NCBI GenBank assembly: GCA_028715905.1
Contig: JAQUQV010000003.1
Span: 10,066-74,065, forward strand
From: Kiritimatiellia bacterium
Lineage (GTDB): Bacteria > Verrucomicrobiota > Kiritimatiellia > JAAZAB01
Direction of reading: 5' to 3'
Length of the DNA: 64,000 bases
In this document: positions 1-9,755 of the stretch, one piece after another
How positions within the stretch are numbered: position 1 is the first letter of the stretch
Layout: each line of letters opens with the position of its first letter
The notes under the pieces: model-generated
The model's database searches: none
The model's input: the letters and a program-made list of their open reading frames with translations, nothing else
What the model was told of the DNA's origin: nothing
Made by a program: the position numbers and the translations under genes

Positions 1-146
1 ATCCTCTGCGAGATCATTGAAACGCGGCTCTTCAAGCCCGCGCGGTCTTGATTGGCGTTTGCTGTCTTTTTCCGTAAAATATACGGAGGAATCATAAAAC
101 GCCATGCTCAATGCTGGGATAAAAAAATAATTTATCGCAAGCCAAT

Positions 147-180
147 GGGCGCAGTTTATAAACTGCGCCCATCGGGTTTT
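147..180. terminator. GC hairpin (gggcgcagt / actgcgccc, 9 bp stem) followed by GGGTTTT; possible terminator downstream of the porin gene or of an off-window gene
   Basis: Perfect inverted repeat at 147-170 with a short T run at 177-180. No U run immediately 3' on the minus strand. Confidence 0.25.
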
Positions 181-247
181 GGATACAATGATGGTCAATC
201 GGGGCGGGCCTGGAGAACAGGCAAGTTTCGGATAACGGCCGGCCGTT

Positions 248-1045
248 TTAAAATTGATATGAAATTCCGACCGCCAGAACAGGGTAAAACCTGAATTTAT
301 CGGCCTCGTCCTGGACATTCCCTTCCTCTTGGGCCAGGTCGGCCTGAAAAACGGGGTCGCCGGATTTTGAGCCGTCCGCCGTCAGGCTGATGTCGGGGGA
401 GCCCTGAAACATAACGCCCAGGTCAAAGACAAAATTCCATGAAGTATGCGGTCCGACCGCGTTGCCGAAACCGATTCCGGCATAGGGCGCGAATTTTTTA
501 AAATTCACGCTCCCGCTGAGCGTGCCGATCTCCTCGGGCGTGTAATCATGGCCGCCGATTTTCTGGGTCTCGTTCAGTTTCGCGTCCAAACCGGGGCGGT
601 TGTGGTTCAAAATAAATCCGCCGGTAATCCTGAAATTATTGCAAAAGGGATGGCAGTCCAGCAGCAGCGGCACCGAGGCCATGTTGAGGTCAACGCCGTA
701 ATCAACGTCCTTTATCTTTCCGCTGAATCTCAGATGCAGGTAATTCCCTCCCGCCCGCACGTTCAACACGTCTTCCAGCACGCCCAGCGTTATTTCGGCG
801 CCGGCCCCCAGTGTGCCGGCCTTGATTCCCAGGGCGATATAGGGCGGGATATAAGATGGTTCTTCTTCCGCATCCGGCAGTTCCCGGGGGGGCGGAACGG
901 TTTGCGCCTGCGGCGCTCTGGCGGCAACTGCTTTTCCGCGGGCCGGATAGGAGGCCGCCCGCGCGCCCGGGGGGATCAGCGCGAACACGGTCAGGAATAG
1001 TATGGCCGCGAATAATATGCCGGCGGACGGACATTTGTTTTGCAT
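248..1045 (-). CDS. outer-membrane beta-barrel protein (OmpA/OmpW-like porin) with signal peptide
   Basis: ORF 248..1084 trimmed to the internal Met (MQNKCPSAGILFAAILFLTVFALIPPGARA signal peptide). Alternating beta-strand pattern, C-terminal aromatic residue (..ISYQF). AAGGAGA Shine-Dalgarno 9 nt upstream. Start lies 14 nt after the obg stop. Confidence 0.6.
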   Translation of the reverse strand: MQNKCPSAGILFAAILFLTVFALIPPGARAASYPARGKAVAARAPQAQTVPPPRELPDAEEEPSYIPPYIALGIKAGTLGAGAEITLGVLEDVLNVRAGGNYLHLRFSGKIKDVDYGVDLNMASVPLLLDCHPFCNNFRITGGFILNHNRPGLDAKLNETQKIGGHDYTPEEIGTLSGSVNFKKFAPYAGIGFGNAVGPHTSWNFVFDLGVMFQGSPDISLTADGSKSGDPVFQADLAQEEGNVQDEADKFRFYPVLAVGISYQF

Positions 1046-1058
1046 TGAAAGATTCTCC

Positions 1059-2144
1059 TTAACCGTTTTTTGTATCCAGGCCATTGCAATTCATGCGGGT
1101 TGTTTCCGGCCGGACTTTGTTCCTCTTGCGCGCGGCATGACTGCGCCGGACGAGCCCGGCCATGGCATTTTTCAGGGCGTCAATGCCGTCGCCGCTCAGC
1201 GCGCTTATTTTCAGGGGTTTGATTCCGGTGCGTCTGACGAATTCCTTCAGCAGTCCGGCGCTTTCCGGCAGGTCCATCTTGTTGGCCGCCGCCACGAATG
1301 GCCGCGTAAGCAGTTCCGCCTTGTAGCGTTTTATTTCATCCCGCAGGACGAGATAATCATCGGCCGGGTGGCGGCCGTCGGTCCCGGCCATGTCCAGGAT
1401 AAAAACCAGCGCGCGCGTGCGCTCCACGTGCCGCAGAAAATCGTGTCCCAGCCCTACGCCGGCGTGGGCGTTCTTGATCAGGCCGGGAATATCCACCACT
1501 TTGAATTCATGATCGCTGAAAGGGCCGTCTTGCACCGTGCCGATGACCGGATAAAGAGTGGTAAAAGGGTAGGGCGCTATTTTCGGGTGCGCATGGCTGA
1601 TGGCGCTGATCAGGGTTGATTTGCCGGCGTTGGGAAATCCGATCAGGCCGATATCGGCCACGATTTTCAAATCCAGTTTCAGTTTCCTGGCTTCGCCCGC
1701 TTCCCCGGGGGTGTGTTCGGTGGGGGCGCGGTGGGTGCTGGTAAGCCAGTGGCAGTTTCCCATGCCCCCCTTGCCGCCGCGGGCCGCGAGAAACATTTCC
1801 CCGTCGGCAACAAGGTCGGCAAACTGCTCCCCGGTTTCAAAGTCATTGACAACCGTGCCGCAGGGGACGTTGAGCGTGAGGTCGGCGCCGTTCCGGCCGT
1901 GCATCTTTTTGCCGCGGCCGTGTCCGCCGTCGGGCGCGCGCCGTTCGGGGCGGTAATAAAAAGCGAGGAGCGAATCGGTGTTTTTATCGGCGCGCAGGAT
2001 GATGTTTCCGCCGCGGCCGCCGTCGCCGCCGTCGGGGCCGCCCATCGGCACGTATTTTTCGCGGCGGAAACTGCGGCAGCCGTCGCCCCCCTTGCCGGCG
2101 AAGATTTTCACCTTCGCCGTTTCAATAAAGCGGTGGCCTTTCAC
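1059..2144 (-). CDS. obg: GTPase Obg/CgtA
   Basis: Gly-rich Obg fold at the N-terminus ([12 protein letters not shown]), GTPase motifs [19 protein letters not shown]. Classic position after rpmA. Confidence 0.93.
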   Translation of the reverse strand: MKGHRFIETAKVKIFAGKGGDGCRSFRREKYVPMGGPDGGDGGRGGNIILRADKNTDSLLAFYYRPERRAPDGGHGRGKKMHGRNGADLTLNVPCGTVVNDFETGEQFADLVADGEMFLAARGGKGGMGNCHWLTSTHRAPTEHTPGEAGEARKLKLDLKIVADIGLIGFPNAGKSTLISAISHAHPKIAPYPFTTLYPVIGTVQDGPFSDHEFKVVDIPGLIKNAHAGVGLGHDFLRHVERTRALVFILDMAGTDGRHPADDYLVLRDEIKRYKAELLTRPFVAAANKMDLPESAGLLKEFVRRTGIKPLKISALSGDGIDALKNAMAGLVRRSHAARKRNKVRPETTRMNCNGLDTKNG

Positions 2145-2395
2145 TTAGCGGCGGCGGTCTCTTCCACTTTGACGAGCTTGCTGTTCCTGACGAACCGCAC
2201 GACGCCCGGCTTGAGCGCAAAAAGGGTATCATCGCGGCCGCGCTTGACGTTTGCGCCCGGCATTAATTTTGTGCCGCGCTGGCGGGTGATGATGGATCCC
2301 GCCTTTACGAACTGTCCGTCAAAACATTTCACGCCCAGCCGCTTGCCGCAACTGTCGCGCCCGTTTACCGCATGACTGCCGCCTTTTTCCGCCAT
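2141..2395 (-). CDS. rpmA: 50S ribosomal protein L27
   Basis: 84 aa; [24 protein letters not shown] matches L27 throughout. Confidence 0.93.
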   Translation of the reverse strand: MAEKGGSHAVNGRDSCGKRLGVKCFDGQFVKAGSIITRQRGTKLMPGANVKRGRDDTLFALKPGVVRFVRNSKLVKVEETAAAK

Positions 2396-2532
2396 AATTT
2401 CCTTTCAGCAGATCCGGTAGTCAGTAGTCAACAATAGCCGTTCGGAATTTGAAAACAAAATTCAAAATCACGATTGCTGGCCGCTGAACCATTTTGTTTC
2501 TGCGTTCTGACTGCTGTCTCCTGAATTCCGAT

Positions 2533-2850
2533 TCAGATTGTAATTTCCTTGATCTTCAGCACGGTCAATTCCTGCCGGTGGCCTTTCTTGCGGTGGTATC
2601 CCTTGCGGCGTTTCATTTTGAAAGACACAACTTTCGGGCCGCGGATGTGTTTGACGACAACGGCGTTGACCGCGGCGTTGTCAAGGCGGGGTTGGCCTAT
2701 TTTTAAAATTGTTCCATCGGAGACGGCGAGGACCGGAGTCAGTTCAACTTCGGCGCCGGCGGCGGCGTCCAGGAGTTCAACCTGCAGGACATCTTCCTGA
2801 TGAACCAGATATTGTTTTCCGCCGGTTTCAATTACCGCATAAGCGCTCAT
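2533..2850 (-). CDS. rplU: 50S ribosomal protein L21
   Basis: 105 aa; MSAYAVIETGGKQY..VSFKMKRRKGYHRKKGHRQ is the L21 signature. Confidence 0.93.
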   Translation of the reverse strand: MSAYAVIETGGKQYLVHQEDVLQVELLDAAAGAEVELTPVLAVSDGTILKIGQPRLDNAAVNAVVVKHIRGPKVVSFKMKRRKGYHRKKGHRQELTVLKIKEITI

Positions 2851-3053
2851 AATGGCCTTTTCAAATATGATTCAGTTCGTATTAAGTTCGCGCAACGAGG
2901 GAAATAAGATAATGGATGCGCGTTTTAAGTCAAATAAAAAAAAAATTTGTTTTGGACGCGCCCGGGATGACGGGGGTTGGGCAGGCTTGGCCGGTTTTTT
3001 ATCTCCGCGGGAAGCTGTTGTCCTTGGGACGGGGGGGGATGCGGCGGGGGAAC

Positions 3054-3082
3054 TTGACTTTTGCCTTTAAATGCCATAAATT
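3054..3082 (+). promoter_or_regulatory. sigma70-like promoter candidate for gspE (TTGACT, 17 nt spacer, TAAATT); predicted transcript nearly leaderless
   Basis: -35 at 3054-3059 and -10 at 3077-3082 with a 17 nt spacer. ATG of gspE at 3089, only 6 nt after the -10 element. Confidence 0.3.
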
Positions 3083-3088
3083 GAAAAC

Positions 3089-4828
<1,740 letters not shown>

Positions 4829-4843
4829 AAGTCAGGAGAAACC

Positions 4844-4901
4844 CGAATATTGCACGAATTTCGTGCAATGTTCGCTTTCGCTCAGGCGGGCATTGTCCGC
4901 C
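4844..4901 (+). repeat. intergenic repeat family C, copy 1: 13 bp-arm hairpin GAATATTGCACGAATTTCGTGCAATGTTC plus a second hairpin GCGGGCATTGTCCGC
   Basis: About 85% identical to the reverse complement of 25593-25650. Ends 22 nt before the gspF ATG. Confidence 0.5.
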
Positions 4902-4922
4902 GAATTCTACTGAAAGGATAGC

Positions 4923-6164
4923 ATGCCTGCCTTTATGTATATTGCGCGGACGCGGTCCGGCGAAAAAGTTGAAGGGGTGATTGAGGCGGCCGACCGCCGC
5001 GCGGCCCTGCTGCAGATTGAGCGCCAGGGACAGGTGCCGGTCACCGTTGAAGAAAAAGACGCGGCCGACCGGGAACAGGCTTCCGCCGGCTGGCGGAGCC
5101 GTTTGTTGTGGCGCCGCCGCCGGGAGCGCATGGCCGCGCGGGAGATGCTCGTCTTTACCACGGAATTGAGCGATTTGCTGGCCTCCGGCATGAAACTCGG
5201 CAATGCGCTCAATACCTTGTCCCATCGCCGCACCGGACAATCCTGCGATAAAATTATTAAATCGCTCCGGGACGACATCATCCGCGGCACGAGTCTTTCC
5301 CAGGCCTGTGAAAAATTTCCGGAAAGCTTTCCTTCGCTTTATTGCAGTCTTATCCGCGCCGGCGAAGCAGGCGGTAATCTGGCGGAAGTCATGCAGAGAA
5401 TTGTGCGCCATTATGAGCGTTTGCAGGAGGTTAAGGAAAAGGTTGTCATGGCGCTGGTCTATCCCGGCATAGTGATCACGGTCGGCATCGCCACCCTGAT
5501 CTTCAGCATGGTGTTTGTGATCCCGAGATTTTCCATGATCTTCCGCGACCTGGGCAGCACGTTGCCCCTGCCGACCCGCATCCTGATCGGTGTCAGCACA
5601 TTGATGATCAAATACGGCTGGCTGCTGCTCATTCTGGTTGTCATCCTGGCCGTTATTTTCAAGCGCTACCTGCGCACGGAAAGCGGGAGGAGGATGTGGG
5701 ACGGGTTGTATTTGAAAACCCCGTTGATCAGGGATATCACCACGGCCAATGCGTTCAGCCAGTTTGCGCGCACGCTCGGCATGCTTATCGGCAACGGCGT
5801 GCCGGTGCTGGACGCGCTGTCAATCGGCGAGAAAACCGTGCAGAATTCGGTCATTGCCGCCGAAATCCGCAATGCCCGCGACCGGGTTACCGACGGCACC
5901 ACCATTTCGGGGCCGCTCGCGGCCGGCCGGGTTTTCCCGCAGATGCTGACCGACATGCTGGCGATCGGCGAGGAGACCGGCGACATGAACGGCGCCCTGA
6001 CCCACATCGCCCGCCGGTATGAAAACAACCTTGACCGGAGCATAAAAATTTTCACCACGGTGCTGGAGCCGGTGCTGATTGTTTTGATGGCCTTTGTGGT
6101 CGGCTTCGTGGCCATCAGCATCCTGCTGGCGGTCTTTGAAGTGACCAACGGGTTGAACGCATAA
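4923..6164 (+). CDS. gspF: type II secretion inner-membrane platform protein GspF
   Basis: Two T2SSF repeats, three TM segments. AAAGGA Shine-Dalgarno 5 nt upstream. Confidence 0.92.
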   Translation: MPAFMYIARTRSGEKVEGVIEAADRRAALLQIERQGQVPVTVEEKDAADREQASAGWRSRLLWRRRRERMAAREMLVFTTELSDLLASGMKLGNALNTLSHRRTGQSCDKIIKSLRDDIIRGTSLSQACEKFPESFPSLYCSLIRAGEAGGNLAEVMQRIVRHYERLQEVKEKVVMALVYPGIVITVGIATLIFSMVFVIPRFSMIFRDLGSTLPLPTRILIGVSTLMIKYGWLLLILVVILAVIFKRYLRTESGRRMWDGLYLKTPLIRDITTANAFSQFARTLGMLIGNGVPVLDALSIGEKTVQNSVIAAEIRNARDRVTDGTTISGPLAAGRVFPQMLTDMLAIGEETGDMNGALTHIARRYENNLDRSIKIFTTVLEPVLIVLMAFVVGFVAISILLAVFEVTNGLNA

Positions 6165-6263
6165 GCGGTGAATAAATGTTCGCCGCCCGCTTCGTTGGAC
6201 GTGTGGAGGAGGCAGAGACAGGGAGTCCGGTTGGTTTAAAATTTCAGAAAAAGATGAAAAAAT

Positions 6264-6304
6264 TTTGTTTTACCTCGGCGCCCTCCGCGTCTGCGGTAAA
6301 ATAA
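6264..6304 (+). repeat. repeat family D, copy 1 (TTTGTTTTACCTCGGCG..CCTCCGCG..CGGTAAAA)
   Basis: Shares a 36-40 nt core with 8632-8668. Lies about 20 nt upstream of the gspG ATG. Confidence 0.45.
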
Positions 6305-6321
6305 CCTAAAAATCAAATAAG

Positions 6322-6753
6322 ATGGGAAATACAGCGATGATAAAAAAACGGCGTCACAATGAAAAGCATGTTGCCGGGCGGGATTCCGGTTTCACCCTGA
6401 TTGAAGTTCTGCTGGTGGTGGTCATTATCGGCATCCTGGCCGCCGTGGTTTTGCCGCGCATGACGGGCCGCGGCAAGGAGGCCCAGATTGCGGCCGCCAA
6501 GGCCAGTATTGAGAATATCAGCCTGGCGCTGGACATGTATGAGGTTGACAACGGCGTTTATCCGGCCAGCCTGCAGTCCCTTCTTACCAAGGGGGCGGAA
6601 CTGAACTGGAAAGGGCCTTACCTTAAAAAAGATGAAATCCCTCTTGATCCGTGGGGCAAGGCGTTTGTCTATACGCCGCGGGACAACGGTTATGAAATCA
6701 AGTCCTACGGTCCGAACGGAGCCGACGGCGGCGGGGACGATATTACCAATTGA
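6322..6753 (+). CDS. gspG: major pseudopilin GspG
   Basis: Prepilin motif G|FTLIEVLLVVVIIGILAAVV, conserved GspG body. The start could instead be the ATG at 6337. Confidence 0.88.
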   Translation: MGNTAMIKKRRHNEKHVAGRDSGFTLIEVLLVVVIIGILAAVVLPRMTGRGKEAQIAAAKASIENISLALDMYEVDNGVYPASLQSLLTKGAELNWKGPYLKKDEIPLDPWGKAFVYTPRDNGYEIKSYGPNGADGGGDDITN

Positions 6754-6778
6754 AGAAATGCAGAATTAAGAATGCAGG

Positions 6779-7312
6779 ATGAAAAATAAAGAATATTGTT
6801 CCGCCCCGGGCGGAAAGCCTTCTGCGTTCTGCCTTCTGCCTTCTGCCTTTCCGCGCGGCTTCACAATGATTGAACTTTTGCTGGTTGTCGTGATTATCGG
6901 CATCGCCCTCGGTGTAACCATGCCCGCCCTGGTGAGTTCCATCCGGGGCCAGCGCCTGAAAACGGCGGCGCGCACTTTTGTGTCCGTAGCCCGTTACGCG
7001 CGCAGCATGGCCGTGCTGAAGCAGACCGATTTGACGTTGACTTTTAATACGGAGACCGGCCAGATTGACCTGATTTCAACCAACGCCGCCTTGCCGCGTT
7101 TTACCCGCATGATTGAAAACGTCAGGGTGGCTTCCGTTCAAATTGAGGGCCGTAACGGAAATGCCGATGAGGATGTCAGCGCGGTTGAATTCAGGCGCAA
7201 CGGAGTTTGCCGGCCGTTTGCGGTTAAAATTGTTGACCGGCGCGGAAATTACGTCGTGGTCAAAGTTGACGCGCTGGCCGGCGTGCGGGCAACCGAATAT
7301 GGACAGGAATAA
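6779..7312 (+). CDS. gspH: minor pseudopilin GspH-like
   Basis: Prepilin cleavage motif RG|FTMIELLLVVVIIGI after a long 27 aa leader. Sits between gspG and gspI. Confidence 0.72.
   Translation: MKNKEYCSAPGGKPSAFCLLPSAFPRGFTMIELLLVVVIIGIALGVTMPALVSSIRGQRLKTAARTFVSVARYARSMAVLKQTDLTLTFNTETGQIDLISTNAALPRFTRMIENVRVASVQIEGRNGNADEDVSAVEFRRNGVCRPFAVKIVDRRGNYVVVKVDALAGVRATEYGQE
6820..6847 (+). repeat. heptanucleotide tandem repeat (TTCTGCS) x4 inside the gspH leader-coding region
   Basis: ttctgcg ttctgcc ttctgcc ttctgcc read directly. The unit is not a multiple of 3. Confidence 0.6.
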
Positions 7313-7730
7313 AAAAATTTCAAATTGCAAATTTCAAATTGCAAATTTCAAACGCCCGGCGCGGCAGACCGGCATGACCCTGGTGGAAGCCGTCCTGGCG
7401 CTGGCTATTTTGAGCATCGGCATTTTTATTCTTATTGAAGCCACGGCCCGCTGTCTGGCCGTGGTGCGTCTCTCGCGCAATTATCAGACCGCGCGCGCCG
7501 TGCTTGCCCGCGGCGAGAGCGAGCATCCCCTGCGCGGCACCAATGAATTGCAGAAGAACATCGTGGAAGGCGCGGAATACGACGGCTTTGTCTTTTCGCG
7601 CGAACTGCGTCCCGTGGACGGCGTGGAGAAACTTTTTATGGTTGTCACGAGGGTCGCCCGGCCGGAAGCCGGCCGTGAATCCGGGGAGGAACTGGTCAGT
7701 TATGTCTATTGCCCGAACGAGGAAGAGTGA
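7299..7730 (+). CDS. gspI: minor pseudopilin GspI-like
   Basis: Cleavage motif QTG|MTLVEAVLALAILSIG with Glu at +5. The only in-frame ATG gives a 25 aa leader and overlaps the gspH end by 14 nt. Confidence 0.68.
   Translation: MDRNKKISNCKFQIANFKRPARQTGMTLVEAVLALAILSIGIFILIEATARCLAVVRLSRNYQTARAVLARGESEHPLRGTNELQKNIVEGAEYDGFVFSRELRPVDGVEKLFMVVTRVARPEAGRESGEELVSYVYCPNEEE
7318..7352 (+). repeat. 14 nt tandem repeat (TTTCAAATTGCAAA) x2.5 inside the gspI leader-coding region
   Basis: tttcaaattgcaaa tttcaaattgcaaa tttcaaa; each unit is near-palindromic. Confidence 0.6.
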
Positions 7731-8511
7731 AACTCCCCCGCGGCTTGCCGCGGGGGGGTTCACTTTAATAGAACTTTTGGTTGCTATGGCGTTGATGGTG
7801 ATAGCGCTCGGGATCACCTTCAGCACCTTTTACAGCATTTCCAAGGCCTGGCAGCGGGGACAGGGCATGGCCGACAGTCTTAACCGCGGCGAATTTGTCA
7901 TGGAACAGGTCGTGGACGGCCTGCGCTCGGCCTTTTTTCCGGTCCGGCAGCCGTCCCAGGATCAGGCCGCCGGCGTCCAGACCAACGCCACAAACACTTC
8001 CGCAACCGGCGCGGCCGCGGCCGTCTCTTCCTCCAGCGACTACGGTTTTATGCTTGAAGATGACGGCGAGGGCGCCGAGGCGCGCGACGCGATCGGCTGG
8101 GTAAAGACCGGCATTGCCCTGCTGGGGAACGAGAATCCGCTCTGGCGCGGCCTGCATCGCGTCCGGATTTCGGTTGAAGAGGATGAAGACGGACGTCTGG
8201 CGCTGGCCTCGCGCGCCTGGCGGCCTTACGGTAACGCCGTTGATTTTGCCCCCGAAGAGGTGGCACCGTTTTTTATTTCCGAAAAAATCCTGGGGATGAA
8301 TTGCCGCGTCGCCCGCGAGCCGGATGACGACGAGGGGTGGAAATGGGAGGACGAATGGGAAGGCATGGAACGCACAAATCGTCTGCCGCTGGCGGTTGAA
8401 ATCGTGCTCTATCTGGCGCCGCCGGAAAAAAACGGGGAGACCGTGGAGATCAGGCGGGTGGTTGAAATTCCGGTGGCGCCGCTTTCCTGGAGCGCGGGAA
8501 AAACAAAATAG
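7702..8511 (+). CDS. gspJ: minor pseudopilin GspJ-like
   Basis: Leader MSIARTRKSETPPRLAAGG|FTLIELLVAMALMVIALGI. Size and position match GspJ. Overlaps the gspI 3' end. Confidence 0.7.
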   Translation: MSIARTRKSETPPRLAAGGFTLIELLVAMALMVIALGITFSTFYSISKAWQRGQGMADSLNRGEFVMEQVVDGLRSAFFPVRQPSQDQAAGVQTNATNTSATGAAAAVSSSSDYGFMLEDDGEGAEARDAIGWVKTGIALLGNENPLWRGLHRVRISVEEDEDGRLALASRAWRPYGNAVDFAPEEVAPFFISEKILGMNCRVAREPDDDEGWKWEDEWEGMERTNRLPLAVEIVLYLAPPEKNGETVEIRRVVEIPVAPLSWSAGKTK

Positions 8512-8593
8512 CGCCGATGATTTGACCGGGAAAAGCCTTTTTTTCCGCCCGCTTCTCATGGAAGGCGCAGAGAACGCGGAGATATGAAAGCAA

Positions 8594-9739
8594 ATGCGAT
8601 TGAATATTCAGAAAATAAATAAAAAACTGGATTTGTTTTACCTCGGCGGCCTCCGCGCGGTAAAAAAAAACATTGCAAATCCGGAATCAAAAAAGAGCGG
8701 GTCGGTGCTCATCATCGTGCTCTGGGTGATAGGGTTGCTTTCCATGTTTGTCGCGGCGTTTGCCTTTGATATGCACATTGAGGCGAGGATTGTGTCCGCC
8801 TGGCGCAAGAAATTGAAGGCCGAATACCTGTCAAGGGCCGGCATTGAGCTGGCGCGCATGGCCCTTCTGGAAACCGCGGACCCCGAGGTAACCAATCCGG
8901 AAATATCCGGTTATATTTCCGAGGGGGTGGATTCCGACCGCCGCGCCGCCACCGTTTCCCTCGCGCACGGCGGCGGCGCGGAATTATCGCGGCGGCTGGG
9001 CGAAGGCGCCGTCACGGTCCGCATCCGCCCCGAAAACGCCCGCATCAACCTGAACAGCATTGTCAACGCGAACAACCGCGACGAAACTTTCGTCCTCTGG
9101 GAGCCCATTTTTGAAACCGCCGGCGTGCCCTTTGAAGAGCGCGACGCCCTCATTGACTGCCTCATGGATTGGGTTGATGCGGACGAGTTGACGCACCTGA
9201 ACGGAGCGGAATCCGAGTATTATGAAACATTGACTCCGCCCTATAAGTCCAAAAACGCCCCCATCGACACGGTGGATGAACTCGCGCTCGTCAAGGGTTT
9301 CAACGACAAGCCGATTGCCCAGACGACCCAGACGGTTTACGCGGCCGTGGCCCGGTTCCTGACGACTTACGCCGAGGACCGGACGATCAACATCAATGCC
9401 GTTGACCACGACACGTTGATGGCGTATCTCGGCGTTGATTCGCCCATGGCCGAGGAAATTATTTTCCAGCGGAGCGGGCTGGACGGCGAATACGGCACGG
9501 AAGACGACACCCCGTTCAAGGATTTAGGCGACCTCCTGGCGCGCGTGCCGGGCCTTGATCAATCTATCGCGCCCTATGTTTCCTTCACCTCCAGGGGGCG
9601 TTTTTACATCCAGTCCTCCGGCAAGGTCGGCGACGTGGAGCGGGTGTGCGCCTGTGTCGTCCTGCTGGCGGAAAACAATCTTACCATTTTGAGCTGGATT
9701 GAGGGCGACTCCGCCTCGGCCGACCTGATAACGCGTTGA
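8594..9739 (+). CDS. gspK: minor pseudopilin GspK-like
   Basis: GspK-type N-terminus SGSVLIIVLWVIGLLSMF, which lacks the Glu at +5; about 340 aa periplasmic domain. The true start is uncertain because repeat D copy 2 lies inside the annotated 5' end. Confidence 0.72.
   Translation: MRLNIQKINKKLDLFYLGGLRAVKKNIANPESKKSGSVLIIVLWVIGLLSMFVAAFAFDMHIEARIVSAWRKKLKAEYLSRAGIELARMALLETADPEVTNPEISGYISEGVDSDRRAATVSLAHGGGAELSRRLGEGAVTVRIRPENARINLNSIVNANNRDETFVLWEPIFETAGVPFEERDALIDCLMDWVDADELTHLNGAESEYYETLTPPYKSKNAPIDTVDELALVKGFNDKPIAQTTQTVYAAVARFLTTYAEDRTININAVDHDTLMAYLGVDSPMAEEIIFQRSGLDGEYGTEDDTPFKDLGDLLARVPGLDQSIAPYVSFTSRGRFYIQSSGKVGDVERVCACVVLLAENNLTILSWIEGDSASADLITR
8632..8668 (+). repeat. repeat family D, copy 2
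   Basis: TTTGTTTTACCTCGGCGGCCTCCGCGCGGTAAAA, read as matching 6264-6304 with one short indel. Confidence 0.45.
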
Positions 9740-9755
9740 CAAATCGGAACGCACA

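Noticed and set aside
52-294. Plus-strand ORF MAFAVFFRKIYGG... at the window start
   Set aside because: It has no homology features and overlaps the 3' end of the porin gene. It is probably spurious; the first 50 nt may be the tail of an off-window gene.
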